Shown here: positions 41,616 through 56,689 of the stretch, piece after piece
Layout: each line of letters opens with the position of its first letter
How positions within the stretch are numbered: position 1 is the first letter of the stretch
NCBI RefSeq assembly: GCF_009914755.1
Contig: NC_060944.1
DNA: 64,000 nucleotides
Reading direction: 5' to 3' (one strand)
Origin: the human T2T-CHM13v2.0 reference genome, Homo sapiens
Program-made: the position numbers and the translations under genes
The notes under the pieces: generated by a model
What the model was told of the DNA's origin: nothing
Seen by the model: the letters and a program-made list of their open reading frames with translations, nothing else
The model's database searches: none

Positions 41616-43434
41616 CTGGCTTCAATCTAAATCAACTTGCAGTTAGCAATTTCAAAAGACTGCGTGAAGCTATCCCAAAAGGCTATCCGCAAAGGAAAGC
41701 TGCGTTCTTGTGCAGTACTATTAATAGATTATAGAAGGAAATAAGGATGACAGATGTTACTGGAAACCACCTTGTGCCTAGAAAGAAGCATTTCCTTTCT
41801 CTCAACCGAAGGACAGCAGCAAGGTCCCAGATGGTGCTGAATAAGCAAGTGATCAAATATCTTATCATTTTGGATATAAATCAATGCAGTGATATTACCT
41901 CTCAAACTTTGCTCAATCACTTAGCCTTGTTAGATTAGTCAATATCTAGGTTGAAGAGCAAAATGAGAATTGGAATTGGCCTTTTCAAAGTCAGATTTGT
42001 GTACCTAAAACAAGCCAAATTAGTTTTGCATTAAAAAAAATAACACAGCAAGTCACATATGCATATTTGAGGGTCACTATGAAGCTCCTTGTTTAACAAC
42101 TAACACTGATTGTAATAATTGTGCCACTGTGGTTCTGAATGTCAATAATGGGAGAGGTTCTGTGGAGATGGGGTATATGGGAACCCTCTGTACTTTCCAC
42201 TCATTTTTGCTGTAAACCTAAAACTATTCTAAAAAATATAGTTTATTAATTTTTAAAAACTGAAAATAGTAACTATTTAAAAATACTTTGACTATTCAAA
42301 AAACCAACACATCAATTAGTCTGTATCTATCAATATATATATTTTAGAGAGTATCACTTTAAAAATAAAAATTACCCATACCCAAAGCTAAACATCACTT
42401 AACTTTTTTTGTTTATATCTTTTCAGTGTTTTGTCTCTATTTTTTTTATTTTACAAAGCTGACTTTCTATTGTAAAATCAATGTTTGTTTTACTTTCCTT
42501 TATAATATAGCTTTTGAAAGCTGCAATGTTTTTCATTGTATGGTTATAGCATCATTTATTTAACAATTCCTCTATTTAGGAAAAATGGCCATTTCTAATT
42601 TTTTGTAGTAAATGAGATTCAAAAAACAGTGTCAAAATAAATTCTCTTTTGTACTCTTTAATGTACATCTGATTATTTGCAGAAGATAAATTTCTAGAAG
42701 TAGAATTGGTGCATTCATCAGTTTGCTCATTGTTTAGGTTTTTTAATACATCTCTGTCAAGAGGGTATTATTAGCATTTTTCCTCTGTCATCAATTTGGC
42801 AGGTCAGAGATGGCATCTTATTTTATTTTAATTTGCATGTACTTGATTTTTAGTGAAAGCAATTTTTTTCCACATATTTCTCAATCATTTATAGTTTTCT
42901 TTGGTGAGAAGACAGGTACCTTGAGTGTGTGGCTTACAGCATCTATCACAGATCACTGCCTGGCACACAGTAGGTCTTCAGTTAGTGACTGAATTAATGA
43001 TTTACCCTGTGTTCTTGTCATCTTTTGGGAAGTGCTCCACTTTTCCCTAAGGATCTGTATGATCCCATTTTGTCATAAGAATATCAGCCCATTTTCTACC
43101 ATTCATATGGAAAATGGTTTGTTCTCTTTTCTCATTTAAATTTCTAATAATCATATTTGTCCCTGCTAATTATCACCATGTGCCCAGCCTGGAATGTGTA
43201 CTTTACATATTTTATCTTGCTTAATTCTTACCACCACCCTAGGAGGTGGATGTTATCATCCTGTTTACTAATGGAAATATTAAGACTACTCCTAGACGTT
43301 AAATAACTGGCCCTGGTCATACTCTCAAGAGACAGTAGCACCTAGTTCTGTCTGATATTCCATAAGCCTTCACCTACAGTGCTATATCGCTTCCTTTTAA
43401 ATTATATTTATGTGGGATTTTTGAAGGAGGTAAT

Positions 43435-43826
43435 TGTCTTTGTCTATTTTCTGCTGCTGTGGCAGAATACCAAAGACTATGTAATAAAGAAAACAAAGAA
43501 AAGAAGTTTATTTGGCCTACAGCTCTGGAGGCTTGGAAGTCCGAGAGCATGGTGCTGGCATCTGGTGAGGACCTTCTTGTGTTAACCCATGGTGGAAGGG
43601 CAAGCAAGCATGTGAGATAGCGAGAGGAAACGGGGACCAAACTATACTTTCCTGAGGAGCCCACCCCCACGGTACCTAAACCATGCCCTCAATAATGGCA
43701 TTTATCTATTCATGAAGGCTCCACCCTCATGACCCAATCACCTCTTAAAGTTCCCACCTCTTAATATTGTTACAGTGGCAATTAAATTTCAACCTGAGTT
43801 TAGGAGGGGACACTCAAACCATAGCA
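43435..43826 (-). mobile_element. MST (C/D-like) MaLR LTR
   Basis: tgtctttgtctattttctgctgctg...ggacactcaaaccatagca with 5-bp flanks gtaat/ataat. Confidence 0.85.
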
Positions 43827-44414
43827 ATAATATATTCACCTGCATCAAAAATAATATATATAGGTGTGAAGTTTAAAAAAAAAAACTCCTTCCCTCATTT
43901 GCTCATTTTTACCCCTACTTACTTTAAATAACCACTATTACTAATGTTGCACATACAACCTTCTTGAGCCTCTTTTATGTATATACAAAATATGCATATA
44001 TATTCTTCTCCCATCTTTTTACACAGATGGCAGCACACTATAAACACCATTGTGTACCTGCTGTTTAGACCTTTCTTATTAGTACATGAGCAGCTTCCTT
44101 GTTTTTGTTGTGTTTTGTTTTGTTTTGTTTTTGTTTACAGACAAATGATATTCCATTGTATGAATTGATTACATTTTAGCTAACCAGTTCAAATGTTACT
44201 TAACATTTGGGTTCTATCAATCTTTTGCTATAACACAGTGTTACATTTATTGTTGACCACATATGCAGGTATATCTGTAAGATAAATTCCCAGAAATAGA
44301 ATGGTTACAGCAAAGGGTATATATATTTGTAATTTTGATGGATGCTACCAATTGTCCTCCACAGCAATTGCAGTACTTATATTTATGGTACTTCTGAGGT
44401 ATAGAAGGTTTTTA

Positions 44415-44870
44415 TTTTATCAGTTAGAAATTGTGTTTGGCTGCTAGGAACAGAGACCTAACCACAGCAGCATAAACAGATAAGGGTTTTCTTTTCTCAC
44501 AGAAATGGAATCTGGAGGCAGGCAGTATAGAGCTGATATGAGAGCTCCACAAAGTCATAAGGAACCTAGGCTCCTTTATTTTTTTGGCTCTGTCATTCTG
44601 AACATATAACTTCCAATCTCGAGATCACAAAATGACTGCTGAAACTCTACTGTCACATCCCTGTTCCAGACAAGAAAATCAAGAAAAATCTAGGGGTAAA
44701 AAGTGTCTTTCATAGGAGTCCAAAAATATCATTGCCCACACCTTTTGGCAAGAAATATTGGGAAGTATAATTTTGTGACTGAGCACATTGCAGTCCTCAG
44801 TAATATAAGGGTTCTATTAGGAAGGTCGAATACAGCGCATGGATATTGAGTAGATAAGCAGCAACCTCTA
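44415..44870 (-). mobile_element. Old MLT1 (J-like) LTR
   Basis: tatcagttagaaattgtgtttggctgctagg...ggatattgagtagataagcagcaacctct. Confidence 0.65.
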
Positions 44871-45546
44871 AATGTGTCCCATATCTTGATCTTTTTATTC
44901 ATAGAGTCCTCACTCCAAAATCAAATACATATTACCTGCATTTCTTTTTATTTCTTTCATGGCCTCAATTTTAACTCTAATTCATTTTGCATTTATTTTA
45001 GTATGTAGTATTTTAAAGCATTTTTTCTTGTTTTAGAAAGAAAAGAAAGGCCTTAAAGATCTGCCCCCATTCCATCTTTCCAAAAGAAAGAAAAAATATT
45101 TCTATATTTATAAGATAAAATTACAAAAGTATTAGGCAAATTAATTAACAATATGCATCTACATGGTTAATCTATTTGGAATTTATTTTTGTGTATGGTG
45201 TGATACAGGAATTTCTTTTGTAGTTAGCTAATTGACTCAATATCACTTACTGATTAATTTATCTAGACCTGATTGTTTGAATTTATTATATACAAATGGT
45301 TTAAAATCAAATATTTGGATTCAATTTCCATTAAGCTTATTGATTATTAGGAAGAGGAGAAATTGATACCTTTACAATGTTGGGTCATACCCTTCAAGAA
45401 TATGGCATATCTCAATTTATTCACATCTGGTGGGTTCTTCAGCAGAATATCATCATTTTCTTTATTTAGGTCTTACATATGTCCTGTAGGTCTAGTCTCA
45501 AGGCTCTTATAGCTGGGTTATTATTGTGAATACTTTTTCTTATTAA

Positions 45547-45886
<340 letters not shown>

Positions 45887-46832
45887 TAATACATAGAAAA
45901 GCTATGAAGTTTTTACATGTTGATTTTCTCCAGCTTGCTGAACTCTTATTAATTAAGGCACCTATAAAATGATTCTCTCAAATTTTCTAAGAAGAAACTC
46001 TCATAAAGAATAAATAATGGTTATTTAACTTGTGTTTTATAATATATTTATATCTCACACATTTTTCTTGCTGTTGTTTTGGCTACAACCTCCAGACTAA
46101 TGAATAATAGCTGTCAGTGTGGACATCCTTGTCTTGTTTAAGATTTTAATAAGAATGCCTCTATTTTGTTTTTATGTCCTTTGGCTTCTAACAAATTCCC
46201 ATTATCATGTTTCAGAACATTTTTTATGTTTCTAATTTATACAGAGATTAATCAGACATGGAAATTTTATCAACTATATCAAGTATACTTGAAACATGTA
46301 TCCACATAATCACGTTGCATTTTCTTTTAACGAATTAATTTAATAAAGTGTATTATATGAATAGATTTCTTAATATAAAATCATTTTGAAATGACTAGAT
46401 TAGATTTTACTTTGTCATGAGATTATGTTTTATTATTCTTTGGATTCGATTTGTCAATATTTTATTTAGAATTTTAAAAATCTATATTCCTAAGATATAT
46501 TTGTCTATAGTTTCCTCTTCTGGCAGCCTTCTTCTCAGGAATTGTTCAGCCCAACAAATGAACTGGAACCTTCGTGTTTTTCTGTGCTTCTTTACAGTTT
46601 AAATGGCAAAGAAAACATGCCTCTTGATGGTCAATGTAACTCATTTTTAAAATGGGCTGGTCCAGTCCCTTTTTGAAAGTGTATCTTTGGGGTTTCAATT
46701 TCTTTTAAGCTTACTGTCTATTTAGGTTTCTACCATTTCGTTAGTCATTTTTGGTAATTTACATGTTCCTTGAACGTACTTATTCACCTCAATTATGAAA
46801 TTTGTTGTTGTAAACTTGTATAAAGTATTTTC

Positions 46833-47140
<308 letters not shown>

Positions 47141-47946
47141 TGCAGTCCTCATTTTAAGGCCTGCGTATTTTATGCTTCTCCAGTGTTTTCCTTTTTCCCT
47201 TTCTAGTCTTCTGCTGGAATAACCAACTTTACTTTATTTCTCCTGCCCTCACACATGAAGGTTAGACAGTTTCATACTGAATTCAGAAGCCACAATCCAT
47301 TTTCCTCTGAGCTCTGTAAAATATATCACATGTTCTCTTAGCATTTGGTATTTCCACTGGAAAGTCTAGTACCTGGGAAGCTCCATTTGATCCTCCTTCC
47401 TTTATAATGTTTTTCCCCCTTGTCTAAAAGTTTATAGGACTTTTCCTTTATCCTATAAATTCAGAAATTTCACTAGATGTGATTTATTTTCAGTAATCTT
47501 GTCTGTCATTCAGTGAGAGTTAACAATCTGAACACTAAAACTTTTCTGCAAATCAAAAATATGTTTGCCTGTTTTCCTCCATCTCCTCTGTTCTCTTCTT
47601 CTCAAACTCTTATTACATAGGTGTAAGACACTCTAGGTCTCTCAACACTTCTTACCCTCCCTTCCTTTACTTCTTTCTCTTTGCTCTGGGATAATTCCTT
47701 GAATTCATTTTCTTATTTATTAGTTTGGTGTTTAGCAATGTCCATTTTATTGCTAAATTAAATCTGGAATTTTAATAGTTTTTAATTGCTTGGAGAGCTC
47801 TCTTTTTCCTATCTCTTGTTTTTCTCATAGCAAATTGTTCATATCATAGTGATAGAAGCATCCCTCACATTTCACTGACATTCAAAATTGTAATAATCTT
47901 CCCTGCATTTTCAGTTGTTTCAGTGAGGTCTGCATTTATACGCAGT

Positions 47947-47948
<2 letters not shown>

Positions 47949-47978
<30 letters not shown>
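47949..47978 (+). repeat. (AC)15 microsatellite
   Basis: Direct reading. Confidence 0.96.
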
Positions 47979-47980
<2 letters not shown>

Positions 47981-48204
47981 CTCTCAAGAGTTTAATGCAT
48001 GCCAGATATTGTTTTAAATGCCATTATTACCACTTCCCAAGCAAGGAGACTGGGCAGAGCCTGGAAGCCAACCCAGACAGTCTGATTCAGAGCCAGGAAC
48101 ACTCTACCACCGTGCAATACCAGCATTTGTTCTTTACGCTCAGCTGGGTCTCCTATTTCAAGTTGCTACTTCTACAGATTTGTCCCTAATTTTTCTATCT
48201 GCCT

Positions 48205-48588
48205 CATTTTTATTTACTTATTTATTTATTATTTATTTATTGTATATTTATTTTTATATATATTTATTTATTTATATTATATATATTTATTTATTTATTT
48301 ATTATTTATTTTAGAGACAGAGTCTTGGTCTGTTACTGAGGCTGGAGTGCAGTGGCTCACTGCAGCCCAACTCCTGGGCTCAAGCCACCCTCCTGCCTCA
48401 GCCTTCCAAGTTGCTGGGACTACAGGTGTGTGCCACCATGCCCAGTTAATGTTTTAAATTTTATTTTTGTAGAGACGGGGGTCTTACTATGTTGCCCAGG
48501 CTGTTCTGGAACTCTTGGCCTCAAGTGATCCTCCTGCCCCAGTCTTTCAAAGTGGTGGGATTACATGTGTGAGCCACCGTGTCTGGCC
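48205..48588 (-). mobile_element. AluJ with expanded (TATT)n tail
   Basis: aactcctgggctcaagc...cttactatgttgcccaggctg (AluJ-type). About 105 bp of TATT-rich tail at 48205-48313. Confidence 0.88.
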
Positions 48589-51054
48589 TCTCACTTTTAC
48601 AAATAAAGATAATGTATCCATATTGATAACCACTGTGGCCTGCACCCAGCCCCTCCTCAAGCAAGCTGATAGCAGGGCATCCACAAATGTGCTTGTGTGA
48701 GGGGTGGCACAGACCTGGGGTTCAAGCCATGCCAGCTTCTAAGGGTACACAAAGTTATAGTTCCATAACCTCAGAGGGTGCAGGACTCTGATGTGTTTCA
48801 AAGCCCCAGAATCTGGTGTCTGTCCGATTTTACTGCTCCAGCCTCTGATGGCCAATGAGCAGAAATGTGACTGCCAGTGTAAAGCAGCAAGACAGCCTAA
48901 GCAAAGCAGGCTCCCTTGGGCCACAGACGTGGCTTGGCAATGGTGAGTGCCAAGGGCCTCTGAGCAGGACACAGGGTCCGCTACACAGCTCAGCGTCTCA
49001 AAAACTCCCAACATCCCAGAACAAGACAGAGTTAATCAGCTACATAAATTGAGTTAATTAGCTACATAAATCATGAAATATAAGTTGTTCTTATCTAAAA
49101 TTATAAAGAATTACCAACTTTTAAAGATAAACATTAAATAAGATGACCTTTTGTAGACATCCCTACTGCTGACACTGCCAAACCACTCGCGCCCCTCTCA
49201 GCACTTCACCTGTGCTCACCTGGACGCCATCTGTTTCCTGTCTTCCAGAAATTCTTCCAACCTGGCCTGTCAAACTCAGCCTTCTGGGTTTTCCAGCTCT
49301 GTTGCATATTTTATCCTAAATGAACATCCCTTCAGTTATTTCAGCAGAATTTTGATAGGGAAGGAAAGAGAGCACGTGAGCTCAAATCACCTTAAAAATG
49401 AGTCTTGTATTTCTGGCAGATTTTATGCTGCATATTTTTAAATTAATTATCATAATTTTTTATCAGAAGAAAGTGTGAGAAGGATTTTTCTTGGTGAAGT
49501 CACTTCAACCCTAAAAGTTTGGGTGAATTCACGGCTACTGTAAAGGTAAGCCACAAGCCCACTTACGACAGCTCTTCACAGTAAGATAATGTATGTCTAA
49601 AGATCCTCCATTCGTTGGACTCAAAGATATTTATTTTTGTTAAATATCATATTTCCTTGCAGACCAGAGAGCAGCATATCTAGAGAGTAAGCTAAGCTTA
49701 AATGAGCTTCAGAGTGGCCCCTTTATATATTTATTTTTAAGGGCATTTAAAAAGATTAATGTATCCATGACATAAGAATACAATTATAATCGTATAACCT
49801 TCATTAATTAAAAGAGCTGACGTTTAAGCAGAGAAGTTAGTAAACAGGGTATTGTATGCAGTGGGGACAGCCAAGTTCAAAGTCAAAAAAGGAGCTGTTT
49901 ACATTAGAGAAATAGCAAAGAGTCCGAGGTAGCAAGAGGAGAAGGAAGCAGAGAGCGATACAGAACAGTGCCAGACAGAGACGTGGAGTCCAGATCCTGT
50001 TGGGTCTTGTAAACCATGGCAGTAAGCTTGCATTTCCTTTGAAGAGGGAAGTGAGAAGATCTGGGATTTGGGAGAGTAGTTTGGTAACTCCATTGAGGTG
50101 GTGTTGGTGAGTGTCAGGTGCTATGGTGGAGTTGCCTGGGCAGAGAGAGCTATGCATCCTCGAGCATCATCTGGGGAACTAGGAATGGACTTATCATGAA
50201 TGGATCCAGATTCAACACTACCGTCTGAAGCAGCACTAGCTCAGGTTGACTGGACTGTGCACTTCAGGCTGCAGGAGGGGCTCAGGGGGTTGCCATGGGT
50301 CTCTTTCCAGGACTAGCCCCTCCCTGGAGCTTGCTCATTACATGGCAATGGCAAGAGCGGTTTATATACTTTGACAGGATATTATTTGGTTCAGAGTCAT
50401 CAGGGTTATCCTCTTCGTGAATGTCCTTCCTTATCAATATAAAATCATATCATGTAATGGTTTTTGCCTTTGAGTCTACTTCTTCCAGGATAAACACTGC
50501 CACCTTTACTGTCTTATTATTACATCAGCCTGATACACCTTTGCTCATTCCTTCATTTTTTGCCTTCCTATGTCAGTTATTTTTAAGCTAATTTTTTAAA
50601 ATAACATACAATTGGATTTTGCATTTTGATTTAAGCTAAAAGTATTTTTATTTTAGTAAAGCACTTTAAGATATTTTCTATGTATTATCAAAACAAATAC
50701 ATTTGCTCTTATAACTTCTAGACTAGCTCCTTTTTCCGCCCTTTATTTTATGCATTATATTTTTATTGCTCTTTTCCTTCCTCTTACGCTTTGAAAACTT
50801 AATCCATCTTTTTATTCTTCTCATGGTTGTCATAAAATATAAACATATTTTAACCCATTTTCTCTAATTATAAAATGTCAACTATCAAACAATATTTATT
50901 ATATCAATCCTGAGTAAGATACTAAATTTTAGCACACTGTTACTTCCTCTGTACTTGACTACTTTTCAATTTTAATTGATAGAGGTGGGGTTTTTATGCT
51001 TTGCTTTCAGCCACCCTCCTCCACAGTCTACATTTTATGACTCAGCTTAAAAGG

Positions 51055-51282
51055 AATGGTTCTCACCACATAGAAATGGGGTGATTTTGGCCCCAGGGGA
51101 CACTTGGCAATGTTGGGAGACAGTCATGATTGTCACTGGTGGGAAGGTGGGTGTTTGCTACTGGCATCTAGTGGGAAAAGACCAGGAATGCTGTTCAACA
51201 TTCTACAATGCACAGGACAGAGTCCACAACAAAGAATTGTCCAGCCCAAAATGCCAATAGTGTTGAGGCAGGAAAATTCCAT
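51055..51282 (+). mobile_element. MER20 (hAT-Charlie)
   Basis: ggggtgattttggcccccaggggacacttggcaatg...gctactggcatctagtggg...cacaacaaagaattgtccagcccaaaatgccaatagtg. Confidence 0.9.
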
Positions 51283-54200
51283 TTTAGAGGTTTTGTGGCT
51301 CTTATGATAATTGTAAGTTAATATTACTCATTGTATTTAAATTATTTTTACCACCAGTACTTTCATATCCTCACTCTTAAATTTTTAAATTCCTGTTTAT
51401 CCCTCGACGGGCTAGAAAATATTTTTAAGTAATTTTTTTTTCAAGTAGACTCTATAGAAAGGAGGAATTATACTTCCCTAAGCTGCCAGTATTTGAGCAA
51501 ATCTTTCTAACACTCTCAGACACACTCACTGGAAGCAGATGAAGCTATTAGTCAGTCATTCCCCAGCCTCTGAGAAGGAATATTTTTCTTGTAGATGTTT
51601 TCCCTCATATATTTGCACATGTTACACTTCCATTTGTTAATCGCCTGTCCTTATCTTACCCGTTTACCTATTCCTATAGTCTATGATGCAATACTTTTAT
51701 GCATTTTAGCTCTTGCATAATGTATGTGTTACAAATATTTAACCTATAATATTTAAGATATCACTGATACTTAATATTTCTAATTTTTAATGTACAGAAA
51801 GTTTAAAAGTTTATTTTTTTAAAATTTACCTCACTGTCTCTTCCTTCACTTTTTTGCTAGAAAGGTCTTGTCTATTCTGAGATCAACATTTTCCTAAGTG
51901 CCTCATCTATTTGTTTTCACATGCGATCATTTTAAGCCATGAGGATTTATTTTGGTGTTTGAAAATACCCTCAAATTGTTAAGCAATTCTCATAATTTGG
52001 TTTATTAAATAATTCATCCTTTCCTCTCTAATATGAAATGCTACTTTTATGGTGTACCAAACACAAGGGCCTGTTTCTGCAGTTTATGTCTTGTTTCATC
52101 AAATCTATCTTTTCTTACCCTAAATTTTATTTCAATTATTTTGGCTGTATAATGTTTTTATATTTGCCAGTTTTCCTTCATTACAATTACTTTTAACAAC
52201 CATATTTTTAATTTTCCTTGCCCATTTATTCTTTCAGAAGAATTCTGGAGCAATTTAATCCAGTTTCAAAAAAATAGCCCTTGGGACTTTTGGTTAGAAT
52301 TGTATTACATTTCCAAATACCGGAAGAATTATTGCAATACTAGATATCCTCAGCCCATCTTCCATTTCTCTTTTCTTCTACAATTTTTATTTCTTTATTG
52401 TTTCCTCTGAGTTCTGGAAATTTTTCTTAAGTTTACCTTTTCCTTCGCTAATCCAATTTTTCACATAATCTGCCATTCTTCTGGTGCAGGGGTTTTGAAT
52501 GTAGTAATCCTATTTCTGTTCTTTATGTGATCCTTACTGATATCAAATCATTTCATTTTGGGGACTCTCAGGTCTATTTTCATAACTTTGGGAAGTAGAA
52601 AAACACTCTTTCCCCTATCCCTTGCTATATGTCTATTTTGGTGAAAAGCATTGACTAACTCTTTGGAATGAACAAAGCTAGTCTTCTTAGAGTCTAGGGA
52701 TGTCTCTGTTTTTCCTCGCAGAGACAGGTCTGTATTTAGCCCCCTTGCTCACAGTTGAGAGATTGCTGTCCACATACTTCAGGCCCAGAAAAGGAAGGAG
52801 TGAAATGCTGAGATTTGCTCTGGTTTTATTTCACCTGTTCAGAGACCCAGGGGAAAGTGTCAGAGTTCAAGGGATGGTCACAACATCCAGCCTGACTCCC
52901 ACCCCTTCTGCTGAGGCAGCCATGAGTTAGCCCCAGCAGTCTCCACAGTTCACTGGCTACACCTGCCCTCATTAGAAGTCCACAGCCCTGTCCTCCCAAC
53001 AGAGCCATCTGTGTCTATTGAACCCAGTGTGTGCACTGCTGTGGGCGCCTGTTACCCAGTGGCATTGATGGAATTAAAATGCATCTCCCCAAGGCCTGGC
53101 CGGCTGAGTGACAGGGCATAGATGGGTTCCCCAGAGGTCCTTGCCCATTCCCCAGAGGTCCTTGCCCAGCCTATCTGCATGAAATATGGAAGAAATGCTA
53201 GCTAACTTAAATTATGCATGTTGTCTGATTTACAGCCCAAGTATAGGTTTCAGTTTTTGCATCCCTTTTAGTTCCTTCTGCAGTTTAGGAGGATGACATT
53301 GACATCTGTGTCCAACTCGCTGTCTCTCTGGATATTTAAGAAGTAGAAAGGTGGTCAAGGGAAAGTTGAACTTTATTTATGTCTCAGTTTTTATAGTGAG
53401 AATATTTTTATTTTTCTCATTTCTCATTTTCATATTTTTTAGTTAATAAAAATAGAAAGGTTTTAAACAATAAAGTCCAAGATAATTCCTAAAACACTGA
53501 ATTTTTCCTAATGTGAGTTGAGACTTTACCAAAATTACCCTCAAAAGGAGCAAGTTGCCTTCAGGCGAAGTCCTCACAAAGCCTCTTATAATAGTGTGTA
53601 ATAGTAAGTGCTCTCAAAATTATATTACTCATAAAATAAATTTGTATTTAGGAGAGGCATAATTTCCCTTAACCTTAATCAATGCTAATTGAGCTCTTAG
53701 GGAAATGACCCAATGAAATAAGTATAAAAAGGATGAAAAGAAACTTAATGAAGATGTAGTCACTATTGCTTGGGAAGGGGCCTGCACTTCAAGAGTGGGG
53801 TGTCGTTGTTAAAAAGCCTTCTAAAATCAATTTAGAAAGCAAGACACTAGGATTGCAGACCATCATCTACAGGATAAGCAAAGAGAGCAAATGTATTTGA
53901 CGTTAGAAATTTGGGAATGTGAACTTAGGTCTTAGGATAAAATTTCCAGCACTGGCTGGATGTGGATGCCAAGAGTTCTGTATCTCATCATTTTGGTGGA
54001 GGAGACATTGCTAGCAGCTCTGCTCTGACAACTCTGTGTGAGACTCAAAAAGCAGCTGGAGGAGGAGGAGGGCTCTGATATCAAAGGCCCCTTGGAGGAG
54101 TTAGGATAAAATAGTGTCAAGAACTGTGAGAGTAAAAAAGCAGTGGTTTGAAATCAATATTCCATATACATAATTTTAAATGTGTGTGAGTAAACAAATA

Positions 54201-54383
54201 AATTAATTTCCATAAGGAGACATTTGACTGATTCATCTACAGTCCAAAGAGCTTTGATATTTAAGTTGCCTATAAAACATTTTTTGGATAGTCTTCTTGG
54301 AGAAAATGGGATATCACCTTATATTAGAGATTGGAGATCACCTTTTATTTGGATTTTTATTTATATAAAAATACATATATTAT

Positions 54384-54677
<294 letters not shown>

Positions 54678-55899
54678 TTATTATATTTTTTTCTCCTCTT
54701 CAATTTACATACTTGGTACAGCAGCCTTGACCTTCACACCAAGTCAAAGTGTGTGAACCCAGAAATACCAATGTTTAGGATGTAGGCAAGTAAAAAAATC
54801 ACACGTTTTGTCTAACATCTCTCCATAGGCTGTCCCTGCTTAACCCAGAACTTCAGGCAACCCCAGGCCTTGAGAAAACAAGAATATTCTTATTGGGTTA
54901 CAGTAGGAGTTTTGTGCTCAAGTCAAAACAGGTGATACTAAATTTTTCTTAATCTTCGAATTCCATGACCCTATATCCACTCAACAACTCCCTCCACCAA
55001 CCCATGTCAGTTTCTATCAATTATTCTTTGTCATTTGCCCTGAGCATGTTTAAATTTACCAATTTAAACATGCTGGTAAATGGTCTGAACCATTTGAAAA
55101 CAATCTGAAAAACAATTTTTTCAGATTGTTTTGTTGCTGTTGTTTACTATTGCTTCTTATGTCCCATTCCTTGCCTCCAGGCCTCATTTTTCTTCTTACT
55201 GAAGCACACCCCTTGGTAGCTCTTTCAGTAAGGGTCTGTACCGAAAACACTTTTGGAGCCCTTTATGTCCGAAAATGTTCTTCACATCATGTTCACTCTT
55301 GATTAATGTATTAGTTGGTAATAAAATTCTAAGTTCACTTCCTTTACCTCAAGAAACAGTGGAGCTATTCTCTTTATCTTCATGGGTAGACAGCCCTGTT
55401 TCAACTCCTGAATTCACACAGAGAACCAGGATCCAGGCCGTGCTGTGAATGAGATTTGTTTGACCCCAGTCATCAGAAAAGCTTTGAGGAACGCACTATG
55501 ATGTTGTTATTCAGTACTGGTTACGAATAGCATGGAAAGCTTCAGATCTCACCCTTTTCCCAATATGTTGTTGGTGTTGTTATTCTTGTCTCCTGTTTCT
55601 GGTTGAAGAAGAGCTCCCTTCCTTGTTTTTGAACATGGAGATATATTTAATATTACCCTTTTGTATTTGATCTATGTTTGGAATGAGAAGAAGGCTCAAT
55701 GTGAGCTCACTCTGACATCTTGAACCAGAGAACTTGAAAAAATTTAATAAATCTATAATCCATTTTTCTCCTAAACTTTTTTCTATAAATTCTCATCTTT
55801 TCTCATTTGAATTTCCCCACATCTCTAATGTCAAGTTGCTTTTTCCTATATTGTTCAATCTCTTGCCAGGCAAAGGGATGGGTATAGCTCAGTGATTTA

Positions 55900-56259
55900 A
55901 AAATATATACATATATAATATATATATTTATATTATTATAATATAACCATACATATCTATTTCATATATTATAGATAATTATATATAATATATATTAGTA
56001 TAACCATATATGTCTATTACATGTATATTATATATTACTATATTATAACCATATATATCTATTACATATAATATATAATATAAACATACAATATATGATA
56101 TATAATTATATATTAATATAATATATAATATATGTAATATATATGTATGGTTATATATTTTTAATATATAATATAATATATATTATATATAATATAATAT
56201 ATATTATATTATATATAATATGATATAATATATATTATATAATATATTAAAAATATATA
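55900..56259. repeat. AT-rich low-complexity repeat with internal inverted repeats
   Basis: About 360 bp almost entirely A/T, with recurrent ataaccata(c/t)at units. Confidence 0.92.
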
Positions 56260-56554
56260 CTTTTTTTTTGAGATGGAGTCTCACTCTGTCACCCAAGCTG
56301 GAGTGCAGTAGTGCCATCTCAGCTCACTGCAACCTCTGCCTCCCGAGTTCAAGAGATTCTCTTGCCTCAGCTTCCTGAATAGCTGGGACTACAGGCACGT
56401 GCCACCCCACCCATCTAATTTTTGTATTTTTAGTTGAGGGGAGTTTTCGCCATGTTGTCCAGGTTGGTCTTGAACTCCTGACCTCAGGTGATCCACCCCC
56501 CACCCCGCCCTCCCAAAGTGCTGGGATTACAGGTGTGAACGACCGTGCCTGGCC
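56260..56554 (-). mobile_element. AluS (Sx-like)
   Basis: Antisense dimeric Alu with ctcctgacctcaggtgatcc. Confidence 0.9.
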
Positions 56555-56689
56555 TATATATATATTTTTAAGTGAGACCTCTCAATTTATGACTATATGT
56601 ATTGGAGGTCTCTTTCCAGAACCATATATATATACATAATATATAAATATATATTATAACCATATATAGCTATTACATAGCTATATATG

